Source: Isurus oxyrinchus
Lineage: Eukaryota
Assembly (NCBI GenBank): GCA_026770705.1
Contig: JANJGN010000002.1
Span: 45,694,001-45,758,000, forward strand
Length of the DNA: 64,000 bases
Reading direction: 5' to 3'
Shown here: one piece after another, positions 25,144 through 37,088 of the stretch
How positions within the stretch are numbered: the first letter of the stretch is position 1
Layout of the letters: the number at the start of each line of letters is the position of its first letter
The notes under the pieces: model-generated
Database searches by the model: none
What the model was told of the DNA's origin: nothing
Seen by the model: the letters and a program-made list of their open reading frames with translations, nothing else
Made by a program: the position numbers and the translations under genes

Positions 25144-25639
25144 ATAATGTGTTTACCCATTCCCTTTTGAGCGGTTAGTACCTTTTATATTATTATAATA
25201 ACATGACAGCAGGAAACCGTTTACTGGAGGAGAATCTGTTCAAGGTCTTCTGCAGCTTTTTAACTAAAAATCTCAGCTGAGACTGAAGCCTTTAGTAGGT
25301 GAGGGATTAGTCCACACTGCAGGGAAAAGTGAATGTTACCAGGTCCACTGATATTTATGGCAGGTGGGGATGGGGCAACCAGTAGTAATAGTGTTGGCAG
25401 GAGCAGGTCTGCAGGAGGGAAACTAAGGATGGGAGGGGAAGGCAGTGATAAGCCTGGCTGCCCGGTATCCCTTTTTGTTTCTATCGTTAAACCATTCAAT
25501 TTAGGGCAGGGTGGCAGAGGGAAATGCAGGCTGAAATATCTTTGTGGAAAAACATTCGGTCTTGAATTGGTTATAAATTGAAAATGGCAGAGATTTGGCT
25601 GCAGTTTTTTTTTGAAGGAAATACTGAATACTCATTAGA

Positions 25640-25793
25640 GAATTATGCCAGTAACATCTGCAAGAGTTTTCTGATCTCCCGCCATAACTTTTATGGAAGA
25701 TCAGCTGAAGCCCCAGGGAGCCTCCAGGGTTTCTGCCAATCTTCCGCCAACATTAGGGCCAGAGATCAGGGAACCCTCATGGAAATTCTACCC
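25640..25793. repeat. Short palindromic (hairpin) element
   Basis: ctgatctc...ggaagat / atcttcc...gagatcag inverted arms; ends ggaaattctaccc. Confidence 0.5.
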
Positions 25794-26389
25794 TATAATA
25801 TCAGGATTGGAGGAAATACTGAGTGAAATGCCTTAGGGCTCAGTGCCGGGCACGCTGCTGTTTAGTTATGTGTAATTTCTCTAATTGATCTGGATTCAGA
25901 TACACAATACAAAATGCTCACGATACCAAACTAGGAGAAGGAGTGGAATTGGAAGAGGCATCTCAGAAATTGCAGAATGAGTTGGATAAAATATAAAGGT
26001 GGGCAGAACAATGGCAGATTAAATTCAGCGTTAGCAATTATTAATGACAGATGTAGGGAGGAAAATAGATGGCACGTGGCCTTCCTGAACGGTTTCAATT
26101 TTAATGGCCGGGTCTCATTCAATTCCCGGCATCCTATCTGTTTCAGGCAAAGAGCCAACAGGAAGTAAGCTTGGAGGTCACCCTCTGACAACAATTAAGT
26201 GGCAGGATTGGTGGCTGAGTCATCTCGCACTTGCATTGGGGAGTCAGTTAACAGCATGGGGTGACTAAGCTTTCTTTGTGGCAGTCAGAGAAGCACCATT
26301 GCTCATTCTTGCCCCTCAAGAAAAGTAAATGTGAAAACTCAGCATTTTGGGTCTCTTTTGGGTTGACAGGAAACTCACTCCCACTTACT

Positions 26390-26993
26390 GGCCAGAATTT
26401 TCCCGTCGGCGATTTGAGGGCGGGGCTCGCTTGCTGACAGGAAAATGATGTGGGATGACGTCAGGAGGATGGGCCATTGACAGGATAATTAAGGTAAGTA
26501 TAGGCCCTGCCCATCCAAACTTAAGGCTGGCGGGCAGGCCAGGAACCCCAGCGGGAAGGAGAAAAAACATGAAACCTCATCCACCGGCGGGATAAGGTTT
26601 CATGTCTGTTTAAAAAATCTTTAATAAAGTTTATGTAATATTTATTAGCATGTCCCATGTTGTGTGACATTGTCACATGAGGGGGGGTCATATTAATAAT
26701 TTTTTTATTTTTCTATTTTTTAAGTTTACAAACCTTTCAGCCCTCTCCCTGAGACAGCGCTTAGTCTCAGGGAGCAGTGTGTGCGCGAAAGAGCGCACTT
26801 TGACAGTTGGGGAATCCCTCCCCCTCTGCACCGGATGCGTAGAGCGCTTCCCACTGGGCAGCCCGCTGGGCGGGCCTTAATTGGCCTGCTCACTTAAAAT
26901 GGCGGCAGGGCCCGTTTCGGCAGCGGAGTTCAGCTGCCCGCCCGCCGCCGAGCCAGTGGGGCCCGCCCGCCCATTGAGGGCTAAATTCTGCCC
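26390..26993. mobile_element. Harbinger-type MITE, complete and CpG-rich
   Basis: TIRs ggccagaattt / aaattctgccc; exact 3 bp TSD ACT. Confidence 0.9.
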
Positions 26994-27289
26994 ACTGTTC
27001 AGGCTACCCAGTAAAAATTTCTGTCCAATCCCACGGCGTCACAGGAACCCGAAAAGCAGTTGTTAGAAAAAAATCCTCATCAGCTTTGGGGTTTCCCTTT
27101 CTGTGTGCTCAGCTGCACAGGCTAAAATTGAGATTGTTTGGTTTCTGGTGGCTTCAGAGCAGGAGCAATTTTAACTACGCATCCATTTGGTTTCCACCAG
27201 ACAGGCAGGGTTAAAGTTGCCCTCACATACAAAATTAACCTGGAATATTATTCTAAATTAAACTGTGCGATTAGAACTAAGGGATTCAG

Positions 27290-27520
27290 GGTCGAGTAAG
27301 TAAGAGTCTATTTTAGGACCGATATCAGTAAATTCTTGTGCGCACAAAGAGCAATCAACATGTGGAATAAACTTCTCAATTGAGTCTTGAGGCAAAATAT
27401 CCTAGAATTATTTACAAAACTAGTTGAATAGTACAATGGGGTAGGGAGGGGTGCATTGGGATCCCTATAAACTAGTTAAGATGGGCTGAATTGTCTTCCT
27501 CATCTGCAATTATCTTGTGA
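27290..27520 (+). mobile_element. Old CR1-like 3' fragment
   Basis: tttaggaccgatatcagtaaattc...tgtggaataaact...gatgggctgaattgtcttcctc. Confidence 0.5.
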
Positions 27521-28655
27521 ATTGCTGCCCTAGGGATAGCATAAAATGCTGCCAGATTGAATACAGCACGCCAGTTGTATTACACCACTTCTGTGCATTG
27601 CCCTGACAATGTGTTTTAGCTGTATCTTTAGAATCAAAGTGCCAGTTCTATTCTCCACAAAATCTCTTTGAATTAGCATGGCTGCCTGGTCGGAGTAGGT
27701 GTGGGGCAGATATTCTGAAACCCTAAAGTAAGCCAGGACATGTACGCCAACAACAGTAAAGGATGGGAAGTTTGATTTCTTTGTCCTTGGTCCTTCTGTA
27801 TCCTTTGAGCTAGAGTGAGTTAGCAGCTGGTTTCTTGCTGTGGATTAATGAGCACAGAGTTGATTGAACTGCACATTTTATTAGGAATTTAACAATCATG
27901 GAGCGATGCAATGTCAGCTTAGGTAGGTGAAAGGGCATCCTTTTAATTCCTTATGGCACCTGTGCTAAATCTGATTCTACTTCCTCTATCTATACAATTT
28001 TATAGCCATCTACCAGATGTTAGCTGTGACCATTGGAACAGTACCAAACAGTCTACCGTGAATGTGTCCCGGAGGCTTATTGACAGAAGTAGAACTTAGC
28101 TCAAAATGTTTTACGAATTTGACTTAATGAAAAAGAATCCACTTGCAAGAAACTTTGCAAAGTCACTTCTGCTTTAAACTTTTCTTTCAGAAATCTTCTC
28201 AATCTCACTAATTGATGAAAGGTTAATCCTGCCATTGCTCATGCAAACCACAAGGTGGCAGAAAATATCAAATATGTCTTTGGTTTGATTATCAAACTAT
28301 GCTTGTGATATGCGGAATGCTGGATAAGCTCAATCTATTTAAAATCATGTGAAGCTAAGTATGATTTGACCTCCCCAGCTGACTGATCATAAATTGTGCT
28401 TAATCTTAATTGTTTTGGACATGGAAATAAAAGCAGATTTTGAGCAGATATGAACTTATCAAAATTATCCTTAACACAAGTGGATTGGCTGACAGACCAA
28501 AATTGTTCCCTTGCACCTTCATGACAAAACAGTGAGACTTTTGCTCTTTAATTCTGCAGATTAGAATTTTTCAGTCTTACTGGAGACACTGACAACTAAA
28601 TATATTACATTTGAGAGATTTTTTCTTTAATTAGGTTCTGGGAAAACAAGCAGAG

Positions 28656-29232
28656 TTTTTTTTTATTTGCTCATGGGATGTGGGCGTCGCTGACTAGGCC
28701 AGCATTTATTGCCCATCCCTAATTGCCCTTGAGAGGGGGGTGGTGAACTGCCTTCTTGAAGCGCTGCAGTTCATGTAGTGTAGATACACCCACAGTGCTG
28801 TTAGGGAGGGAGTTCCAGGATTTTGACCCAACGACAGTGCGGGAATGGCGATTTATATCCAAGGCAGGATGGTGAGTGGCTTGGAGGGGAACTTCCAGGT
28901 GGTGGTGTTCCCATATATCTGCTGCCCTTGTCCTTTTAGATGGTAGCAGTCATGGGCTTGGAAGATGTTGTCTGAGGAGCCATCGTGAGTTCCTGCAGTG
29001 CATCTTATAGGTTGTACACAGGTGCTGTTACTGTGCTTCGGTGGTGGGGGAGGGATGTGGTTCCAATCAAGCTGGCTGCTTTGTCCTGGATGGTGTGGAA
29101 CTTCATGAGTGTTGTTGGAGCTGCACTCTTCCAGGCAAGTGAGGAATTTTCCATCACATTCCTGACGTGTAGCTTGTAGAGGGTGGACAGGCTCTGGGGA
29201 GTCAGTGTGTGAGTTGCTCCCACAGGATTCCT
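28656..29232 (-). mobile_element. 3' fragment of a CR1/L2-group LINE (putative partner of SINE family A)
   Basis: ORF2 C-terminal-like LTPQSLSTLYKLHVRNVMENSSLAW...IQDKAASLI; 3' tail shared with SINE family A; poly(A) on the minus strand. Confidence 0.82.
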
Positions 29233-29427
29233 AGATAAACATTTTTCCTAGGGTTTTCATTTTCCTAGGCTTCTTAGGGATAAACATTTTTGTCATCACT
29301 GTGTCAATCAATGGCCTTCAGGTTAAACAGTTATCTAGCATTTTACTGGATCAGATAAGATATGAGTTGGATATGTTCCAGTATTCTCTTACATTCACTT
29401 AAATAGAAATCAGAAGGTGCCATTGCT

Positions 29428-29570
29428 CTGTAATTTCCTCAGAACTGCTCTAGCTCTGTTCTCTGTTGCTATAACTTCGCTGGAGAAATGTGGATAAATG
29501 GGCTTTCTATCACATTTCCGCCAAAGTTACTTCGGCAGAGTGGGAGTAGCTTCCAGGAACTTCCCAGTCA
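29428..29570. repeat. Short palindromic element similar in layout to 25640-25793
   Basis: ctctg...taactt...gaaatgtg / cacatttc...aagtta...cagag inverted arms. Confidence 0.5.
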
Positions 29571-29917
29571 TTGTTCCTTTGGATGATTTTACATTTCAGG
29601 TTGTTACCCTTTTAAAAAAATAATCTTCCTTTTTCTTTTGATTTATTTATGTAATTTATCTATCCTTAACTAAAGAGGTGGACAGGCAAGCCACTCCTTC
29701 ACCTCCGACCATTAGTAGGTGGGTAAGAATGACTGTTGTTGACTCTTCCATTGACCTATTCTTTATCCACTCGAAAACAACAATTTGGCTTCTCTTTTAA
29801 TTGCCTGGCAGAGATTAAGGACTCATCCTGTAGGAAATCGTGGAGCTGCAAGGGCAAGAGGCCACTCTTTGGCTTGATACATTACTATTATAATAATAGC
29901 TGGAGCCACCAGACAAA

Positions 29918-30071
29918 AGCTGGAATTTTACAGCCCCCCCCTCCCCACCCCCATCCCCTCCCCCCAAAGGCGGGTTCCCCCACGGCAGGGCCAGCGAACC
30001 ATTGAAATCTCTGTTGACATCGACCGGATTGGAAGATCCTGTTGGCGTGAGGGGCTGGAGAATTCCAGCCA
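29918..30071. mobile_element. Short Harbinger-type MITE remnant
   Basis: agctggaatttt...cagcccc at the start and ggggctggagaattccagcc at the end. Confidence 0.55.
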
Positions 30072-30329
30072 ATCTTTTCTATAATATTGATGTATCATGA
30101 AACTGGAACAATTGGTACTGTCTAATGCAGCAGACATGAATCATTTCATTAAAATAACCTGAAATGTGAAATGTACAAAGGCAAATCTGCTGGTCTGGAA
30201 TATTTCTTGCGATCTATGAGTTCAAAAATGAAAATATAGATATCACAAGCTAACATTTGCCAGCACAGTTTCATTGAGGTGTTTGGAATTGGGGTTTCAG
30301 ATGATTAATGTTCAGTACTCCAACTTTGT

Positions 30330-30813
30330 CAAACAAAATAAAAACAGAAAACACTGGAAAGATCAGCATTCATGGAGAGAGAAACAGGCTTCACACGTTT
30401 CATCAAAACTGGGAAAAGTTAAAGATATAATCGATGTGCCCTGTACAGTTTTTTTGTTGTGCATGGTCTGTTCATTTTAGTATGCAGTACCTACAAATTT
30501 GTTTGCGCTGTCATGGTTACGTGTGTGTAATGTTTTAAATGGAGCAGCTCATGAGCTGCCTGTGTGGTATCTTCTGGGCTGTTGAGTGGCCATGAGCATA
30601 CACAGCTTTCAGGGAAGATTGGAAGTAATTGGTTTTAAGCAAATACAGAGGCAGCAAAAGGGTTTAGGGAGGGAGAGAACAAAAGGGAAGGCCATTGATC
30701 TGAAATGTTAATTCAGTTTCTCTTTCCACAGATGTTAATGCCTGACCAGTGACGATTTCCTGCGTTTTCTGTTTTTATTTCAGATTTTCAGAATCCACAG
30801 TGTTTTGCTTTTG
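30330..30813. mobile_element. Penelope-terminus derivative with an inverted arm, interrupted by a small DNA element
   Basis: 30330-30431 and 30622-30693 resemble 40880-41060; 30694-30813 is the inverted terminus (tgaaatgttaattcagtttctctttccacagatg). Confidence 0.7.
30432..30621. mobile_element. Probable hAT-type MITE
   Basis: Imperfect TIR cgatgtgccctg / cagggaagattg (9 of 12 match); imperfect 8 bp TSD gatataat / gaagtaat. Confidence 0.5.
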
Positions 30814-31724
30814 TTATTAATGTGTCATATTAGTCACTATTTATAGAAGTGACTTAAAAATACTATATTGATGAATATGGAGGCAAATGGGATTCATGTA
30901 CGAATCAATATAACGACTTCTCCTCCTCTGAGTCAGTTTCCTTTCTCTTCCCTAGACAATCAATGGCTACCAAAACCATTCCTTTAAAGAGGTCTAAATA
31001 AGAATTGATTAAAAATGGGATTCAACCTTGCGCCTAATTGTCAAGAAGCTAAGATTCCAGCAGCAAGCAACCATTATTGCAGCTTTAATATTAAATTTAT
31101 GACTAAGAAATATTATAACTTTAATATCGAATGGAGTCCTTATTTTTAAAAACTGATTTTATGCCACTGAAAATAATGTTGTATTAAGCCAAAGGTTAAA
31201 GGAACGTCGTCATTAGAATTTTATTACAGTGAATAAACCTCCCACTTGTGCCTATTTTTAGATTGGCTTATGACAAGGCGTTTTTGGTGTAAATGAGTGA
31301 TAAGATAAGACAATGTCAACAGCAGCCTCCCCACAAAAAAGTCGCAGGAAAACAGGGGAGGAGGCAATGGTTAAAAGGGCCTTTGTGTTTGGGGGCTGTT
31401 TCAATCCCATCAAATCCTTGGAGACACAAACGAGTAATGGAAGAGGTTGCTAGGCAATTGAATGCAATTTTCAGATAACTAATAAGAAGATTATATTCGA
31501 TGAACAAACAGCTGGAAGTGTCCCAAGGCAGCGAAGACATTCAAACCAGTTGAAGACAAGGTTTCTCTGCTATTTTCTTTGGAAGGAGGTTTAGACCTTG
31601 AAATGTTTGCTATCACAACTAATACTTATAACTGTCTTCAAAAAATGCTTTTGACATTTACTTTTACGTGCATGAACAAAATAATATGGTGGTATGGTAC
31701 ATTTCAGGAAAAGAAGAAAGAAAG

Positions 31725-32172
31725 GATGTGCAATTACATAATTCCTTTCCCAACCTCAGGAAGTCCCAATGTATTTCATAACTAGAAAAGTACTTTTGAA
31801 CTATAGTCACTGTTGTAATGTAGGTGAACATGACAGCCAATTTGCACATGGTAAGTTTCCCAAAACAGTAATGAGTTAATGACCAAGTAATCTATTTTGT
31901 GGTGCTGGTTGAGTGATAACAATTGCTTAAGACACTGGAAGAACTCTCCTGTTCTTCTTTGAAAATTGCCATGACATCTTTTCTGTCCACTTTAGGAGGG
32001 AAAAATAGCTCCTCAGTTTAACATCTCATCCAAAAGACGGCACCTTTGATAGTGTCGATTACATTCAGTAGTGCCCTGAAATATCAGCTTCGATTATTAT
32101 TTCAAATCTCTGGTGCAAGACTTGAACCTACTACCTCTAACTCAGAAGCTCAGCGTGCTACCGCTGAGCATT
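31725..32172 (-). mobile_element. Deu-domain-like tRNA SINE (SacSINE1/AmnSINE1 superfamily-like)
   Basis: Minus strand head gctcagcggtagcac...ggttcaagtc; central ggatgagatgttaaactgagg motif; L2-like tail. Confidence 0.72.
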
Positions 32173-32179
32173 TAAATGC

Positions 32180-32500
32180 CATTGTTCACATCCTTAGGAC
32201 ATCACAAACCACTTGACAGATGATGAATTACAGGAATCTCTTTTTGATGGTGTTGGTTGCATGATATTGATCGGCTAGGACAGCAGCAAAGCGCTTCTGC
32301 TCTTCCTCAAATAGTGCTGGAGGACTTTTATATCCACTAGGCACAGGGAGCTTCAGTTTAATGTCTCATCCAAAACATAGCTCCTCCAATAATGCAGTTC
32401 TATACTGATGCGTCAGTCTAAATTACAGAGTGGAGTGGAACGGGGCTTGAATTTATAAGCTGATTCAGAAGTGTGAGTGCTACCACTGAGCTAAGCTAAC
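32180..32500 (-). mobile_element. Second, internally deleted Deu-domain-like SINE in tandem
   Basis: cagtttaatgtctcatccaaa and gtgctaccactgagc match the adjacent copy. Confidence 0.68.
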
Positions 32501-32616
32501 ACTGCAAACCTGAAAGATATCAAGATGCCTAGCTAAAAATCCAAGACTTGATATAAAGAAACCATGTGGTATACCGCTGAACTACATTCCCAAGTGCTAT
32601 TTCCCAGATAAATCTA

Positions 32617-33200
32617 GGCCAGAATTTTGACGTCAATGTGCCAGGCCCGGCACGCCGGTGTGTAAAATGGTGCTCAGTGATGTCAGGCATGCATCCCGAT
32701 GTCACCGCGCATCATTTAGATTTTTCGTTCGTCGGGTGCACTCCTGAGGCAGCTGCATGCCCACCGCACTGTCAAAGGCCTGTCAAGGCCATTATGGAAG
32801 TGATTAAGATAATTAAAAGCGCTGCCTGTCCAACCTTAAGGTTTTGATAAATTCTCAAACATGTCCCAGCTCATGTGACAAAGCCACATGAGAGAACATG
32901 TGTAAATAATTTTTAACTTTATTTAAAAATTTCAATATGAACTTAACCTCCCTGAGGGAGATTTCTGTGCTCTTTTGCGCATATGCATATGCATGAAAGA
33001 GTGCAGGCCCCGACTCCCCCTTTTCCCCCTACCTGCATAGGTAGCACTGAGCGCTACCGGCTGTGCGTCATGCTGGCTGGGCCTTAATTGGCCCGCCCAC
33101 ATAAAATGGTGACATGCAGCCAATCGCGGGCAGCAATCAGCTCTGTGCCCGCCTGCGCCAGCTCCCAACCAGCCCGTCAGACATTCAGAAAATTCTCCCC
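32617..33200. mobile_element. Harbinger-type MITE
   Basis: TIRs ggccagaatttt / aaaattctcccc; exact TSD CTA. Confidence 0.88.
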
Positions 33201-33390
33201 CTAGGTACTCTTCTTGTTACCCATGCACACTATTCTCTGGACAGTCTTCAAATTATCCCAGTTACATTTGCTTTCTTCCTCTGACAAGGCAATCAATTCT
33301 TACATTATAACAGTCGGTACATTTCATTGGCCTTAATGCGTTTTGAGATGGTTTGAGGTCACGAAAGGTGATATATAAATGTAAGTGTTT

Positions 33391-33641
33391 TGTGGTAATT
33401 TGTGGTGCAATACACCTTTAAGAGAATGTGAACAGATTGCCTACATGACTGTATGACCCAATTGCTGTATAGGACGGGCTACATTGTTAATCAGAATTTT
33501 AGAATGTTTTGGTTCAAGAAGTACGCATGTATTTGTGTTTTGTTGCTATATGAATAAACAGCATGTGTTTCACCTCACAAGGTCTCTTCGTCCACATCGT
33601 TTAGTTTACCAACCAACACCTCAGTAGATAGGCGTGCAACA
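33391..33641 (+). mobile_element. Probable solo LTR (Gypsy-like)
   Basis: TG...CA ends; cctttaag, acatga, ccaat and aataaa motifs in the same order as the 3985 LTR; flanks gtgttt / atgttt. Confidence 0.5.
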
Positions 33642-34182
33642 ATGTTTGCTGAGCAGAGTGAATCCAAAATAAGAACATAACATCTTTCTTTCTTCTTTGC
33701 TTTGTCCATTAGTCCAAAATATTGTTGAAGTGTTTTCTTTTTGGACTCTTCTTTGCACTCATCTCAATCCATTGCCTTTCATATCAGACACAGCAGCCAT
33801 TTCTCCCTTACTGCGAGGCTTCGTTGAAGTGGTTTGTGACACTATATTGATTGGTTTGACATCAGCAGCAAAACGCTGCTCAATCTAGGTTTGCAGTATT
33901 CATGGACAAAAAACCTTTAACATAAATTTGAGAAATGTTTGCTAATTCAAATGACAGCTGCCCCCAGCAACTGCTTCCATTGTTTTCAATTTACAGCCTG
34001 AAATCGATTCCTGTTGTGTTAAACTGTTCCTGGAAAACGGTATTTAGTGGTGATGCCAGAAGAAATACGATTACTTCCAAAATTACCATTTTCTCCATGC
34101 CAATAATTAAGTGACAACATTACTTTGTAACTGAAAACATTCTCCCCCACTATCCTCCCTTTTGTTATTTTCTCCATAATCC

Positions 34183-34685
34183 TTGTCCCTCACCATGGAA
34201 TGCTTACCATTTTCCCGTCTGAGCAGAGCTCCAGCAACATTCAAGAAGCTCAACACCATCCAGGACAAAGCAACCAACTTGATTGGCAGCCCATCCACCA
34301 ACTTAAACATTGCCTCCCTCCACTACTGGCACACAGTGGCAGCATTTTGTGCCATCTACAAAAAGCACTGCAACAAAGCACCAAGGCTCCTTTTTCAGCA
34401 CCTTCCAAAGTCACAACCTTTATCACCTAAAAGGAGCAGGCTCATGGGAACACCATCAGCTGCAAGTTCCTCTCCAAGTCACATACTAGCCTGACTTGGA
34501 AATAAATTGCCATTCCTTCATTGTTGATGGGTCAACATCCTGGAACTGCTCATCTAATCGTGCTGTAGGTGTACCTTTACCAGATGGACTGCAGCGGTTC
34601 AAAAATGCAGCTCACCACCACCTTCTCAAGGGCAATTATGGATGGACAATAAATGCTGGCCTAGCCAGTGACGCTCACATCCAAT
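34183..34685 (+). mobile_element. 3' fragment of the CR1/L2-group LINE; its tail resumes at 39805-39823
   Basis: APATFKKLNTIQDKATNLIG; same family as 28656-29232; tail split by Harbinger element 1. Confidence 0.82.
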
Positions 34686-35856
34686 GGGTGGAATCATCCA
34701 GTCCTGTTGGTGGTGGGTGTTATGGAGGGCAGGGGGAACAATTCAGAGAGAGGGGCAGAAATCAGTTTCAGGCTGTTGTGAAACCAATTTACTATCGTCT
34801 GCTCTGCCCGTCAATGGCGGGCTGCGTTTCCCACCGCCACGCATCGGAAACCTAATTTCAATACTTTAGCATCTCATTATAAGCCTTGCTTTCTGGAATC
34901 ATGGTCCCATGTCAAATTTACTGCGCATGTCGGCATAGCTTCAGAATGGCGTGCTTCACTACTGCCTTGAAACGGCATGCACCTGGTGACGTGAACTTCG
35001 AGGGGAACACGGAGGTGAATGCACACAACGTTGCGCAGTACTTGCGAGCATTGCCCACAGGATATCAAGGAAGAGGTGCCGTGCATTCAGTGGGTTGGCA
35101 CAGGCACATTGCTTTTTTCCACTGGCTTTCAGTGTGGTGCAGGGACAAGGGCTCCAGTACGGGTCAGGATGGGGGGAGGGTGAAAGGCAAGGCAGCACTG
35201 ACTGAAGGAAGTACTCAAGCATGTACTGGGAGGGTGGAGTGATTGGGGTGAGGAATGCAGTCATGCACTTGGAAAAGCTTGTCAAAAGTGAGCATTCTTC
35301 CATAACTGAGACCGTTCAGCTGCTGCTCCATTGACATGCTTGGAGTCGAGTCTCTGAAGCTTTTTTGCCCACTCAAGCAACGCAAAAGCATGAAAGTGTC
35401 ACCAAATGCTCCAGAACTTTTCACCCTTGGGTGCAAGTAAATGTGCATTTTAGGGGGCAGCAGAACACTTGGACAATTGGGCAGGTTGTAGAATTCCTTT
35501 GCTTAAGGTGACCATGGAGCAGTCACTTGTGGAGGCGATCATAGCCCCTTACAAAGTCTTTATTAAGGTGTGGAGCAGTATCCCTCATGGTTCAAGCTAA
35601 CAGCGCAGACTTGCAGTATGGGGCGAGGAGAATGCCTGTGCCCCAGCTGAGAGCACAGCAAGCTGTCAAGTGGTTGAAGCTGCCGCCAATCAGTCAGGTG
35701 GAGTGAGGCGGAGGTGGGTGGGGTTTCGGACAGCCAATGACCGCACTACACACTGCCATCCAAGTGGTGGCCAGCTCTCTTCTGTATGCGTGAAGGACAC
35801 ATATGCTAACCCACACATGTCTCTCTTTCATCTTGCAGGAGGAGAACATCAGGATC

Positions 35857-37088
35857 ATGGAGTCTGGTGATTTAGCCGCATGCCTCATGGCTTACAGAGG
35901 GCAGAGAAGAAGAAGAGTGCAGCAAGGGAGCCTGGCTCGGCAAAGGGAGGAGCACCTCCATCAAGATGAAGGGGCGACAGGGTCTGTTGCGCATGCAGCT
36001 GAAGATCCACAGAGAACTATCGCTCGTATGTGCCTTGCTAGAGCCAGGGTCTATCAACGGCGCTTGTCATACCTGCAGATGACTGAGAAGCAGTGTCACC
36101 AAAGACTGTGCATGTCTAGGGAAGTGCTCGGTCACATCTGCCAGCTACTGCAGGATTTGGCACCGCGGGGACATGGAGGGCATCCACTGCCAGTGGCCAT
36201 GAAAGTGACCGCGGTGCTCATTTTTGATGCCAGTGGCTCCTTCCAGGGCTCCACAGATGACCTGAGTGGGATCTTGCAAGCCTCCACGCATAAGTGTATC
36301 CAGGAGGTCACAGATGTAATCTTCATAAAAGCACAAAACTTTGTGCATTTCATCCGGGATTAGGAAAGTCAGAAAGGAAGAGCGCTTGAACTTGCGCAGA
36401 TCGCAGGTTTTCCACAGGTGCAGGGTGCCATCAACTGCATTCAATTGGTGTTTAGATCCCTGTGGCAACAAGCAGTCAACTACATCAACTCGCTGAATGT
36501 TCAGCTGGTGTGTGACCGCTGCAAACACTTCCTACAGGTCTGCGCTCGACTCCCAGGGATCGTCCTGCATCCTGCATCTTTAGCAGGTCTCAGATCCCTG
36601 GCATCTTCCAGGGTCCAGGGAGGCTGCAGGATTGGCCCCTTGGGGACAAGGGCTACCCACAGAGGACATGGCTGATGACGCACATGCGGCAGCCTCAGAC
36701 TGAATCAGAGCGATGGTTTAATGGCACTCATGACACGACCCAGACTTTGGTGGAGCCAACGATAGGCACTTTGAAAATGAGGTTCCAATGCGTCGACAAC
36801 TCCAGTGGATCACTGTAGTCCCGTCCACAGAGGGTGTTGCACATCATCATTGCTTGCTGCACACTACACAACCTGGCGCTGAAATGGGGAGGACCCAGCT
36901 GAGGAAGAGATGGAAGAGCTGCAAGTCTCCTCAAATGAGGAGCATGTTGAAGGGGATGACAAAGCTGAGGTCCTTGAAGGCAAGGATGCTGGTGATGAAG
37001 CCAAAGCTGTGGCCAAATGAGGCAGGCACGCTCAAGACGCCTGCATAGCCACAAGATATGTGGATGATGATGATGATGAGATGCAGGG
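35857..37088 (+). pseudogene. Harbinger DDE transposase (HARBI1-like), disrupted
   Basis: QCHQRLCMSRE, LPVAMKVTAVL...SGSFQ, GFPQVQGAINC (D to N), SLNVQLVCD, LGDKGYP, LVEPTIGTLKMRF; stop at 36361; splice acceptor at 35838 upstream of the ATG. Confidence 0.92.

Larger units (their letters stand above)
19374..25208 (+). mobile_element. Gypsy (Mag-like) LTR retrotransposon 2, degenerate, with gag-PR-RT-RH-IN
   Basis: Shared LTR sequence atgcctttaagggatatcagcatga...ccagtcttagtttcacttttgctttgagcagagcac at 19380-19450 and 24409-24508; PBS-like motif at 19468; no TSD match found. Confidence 0.88.
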
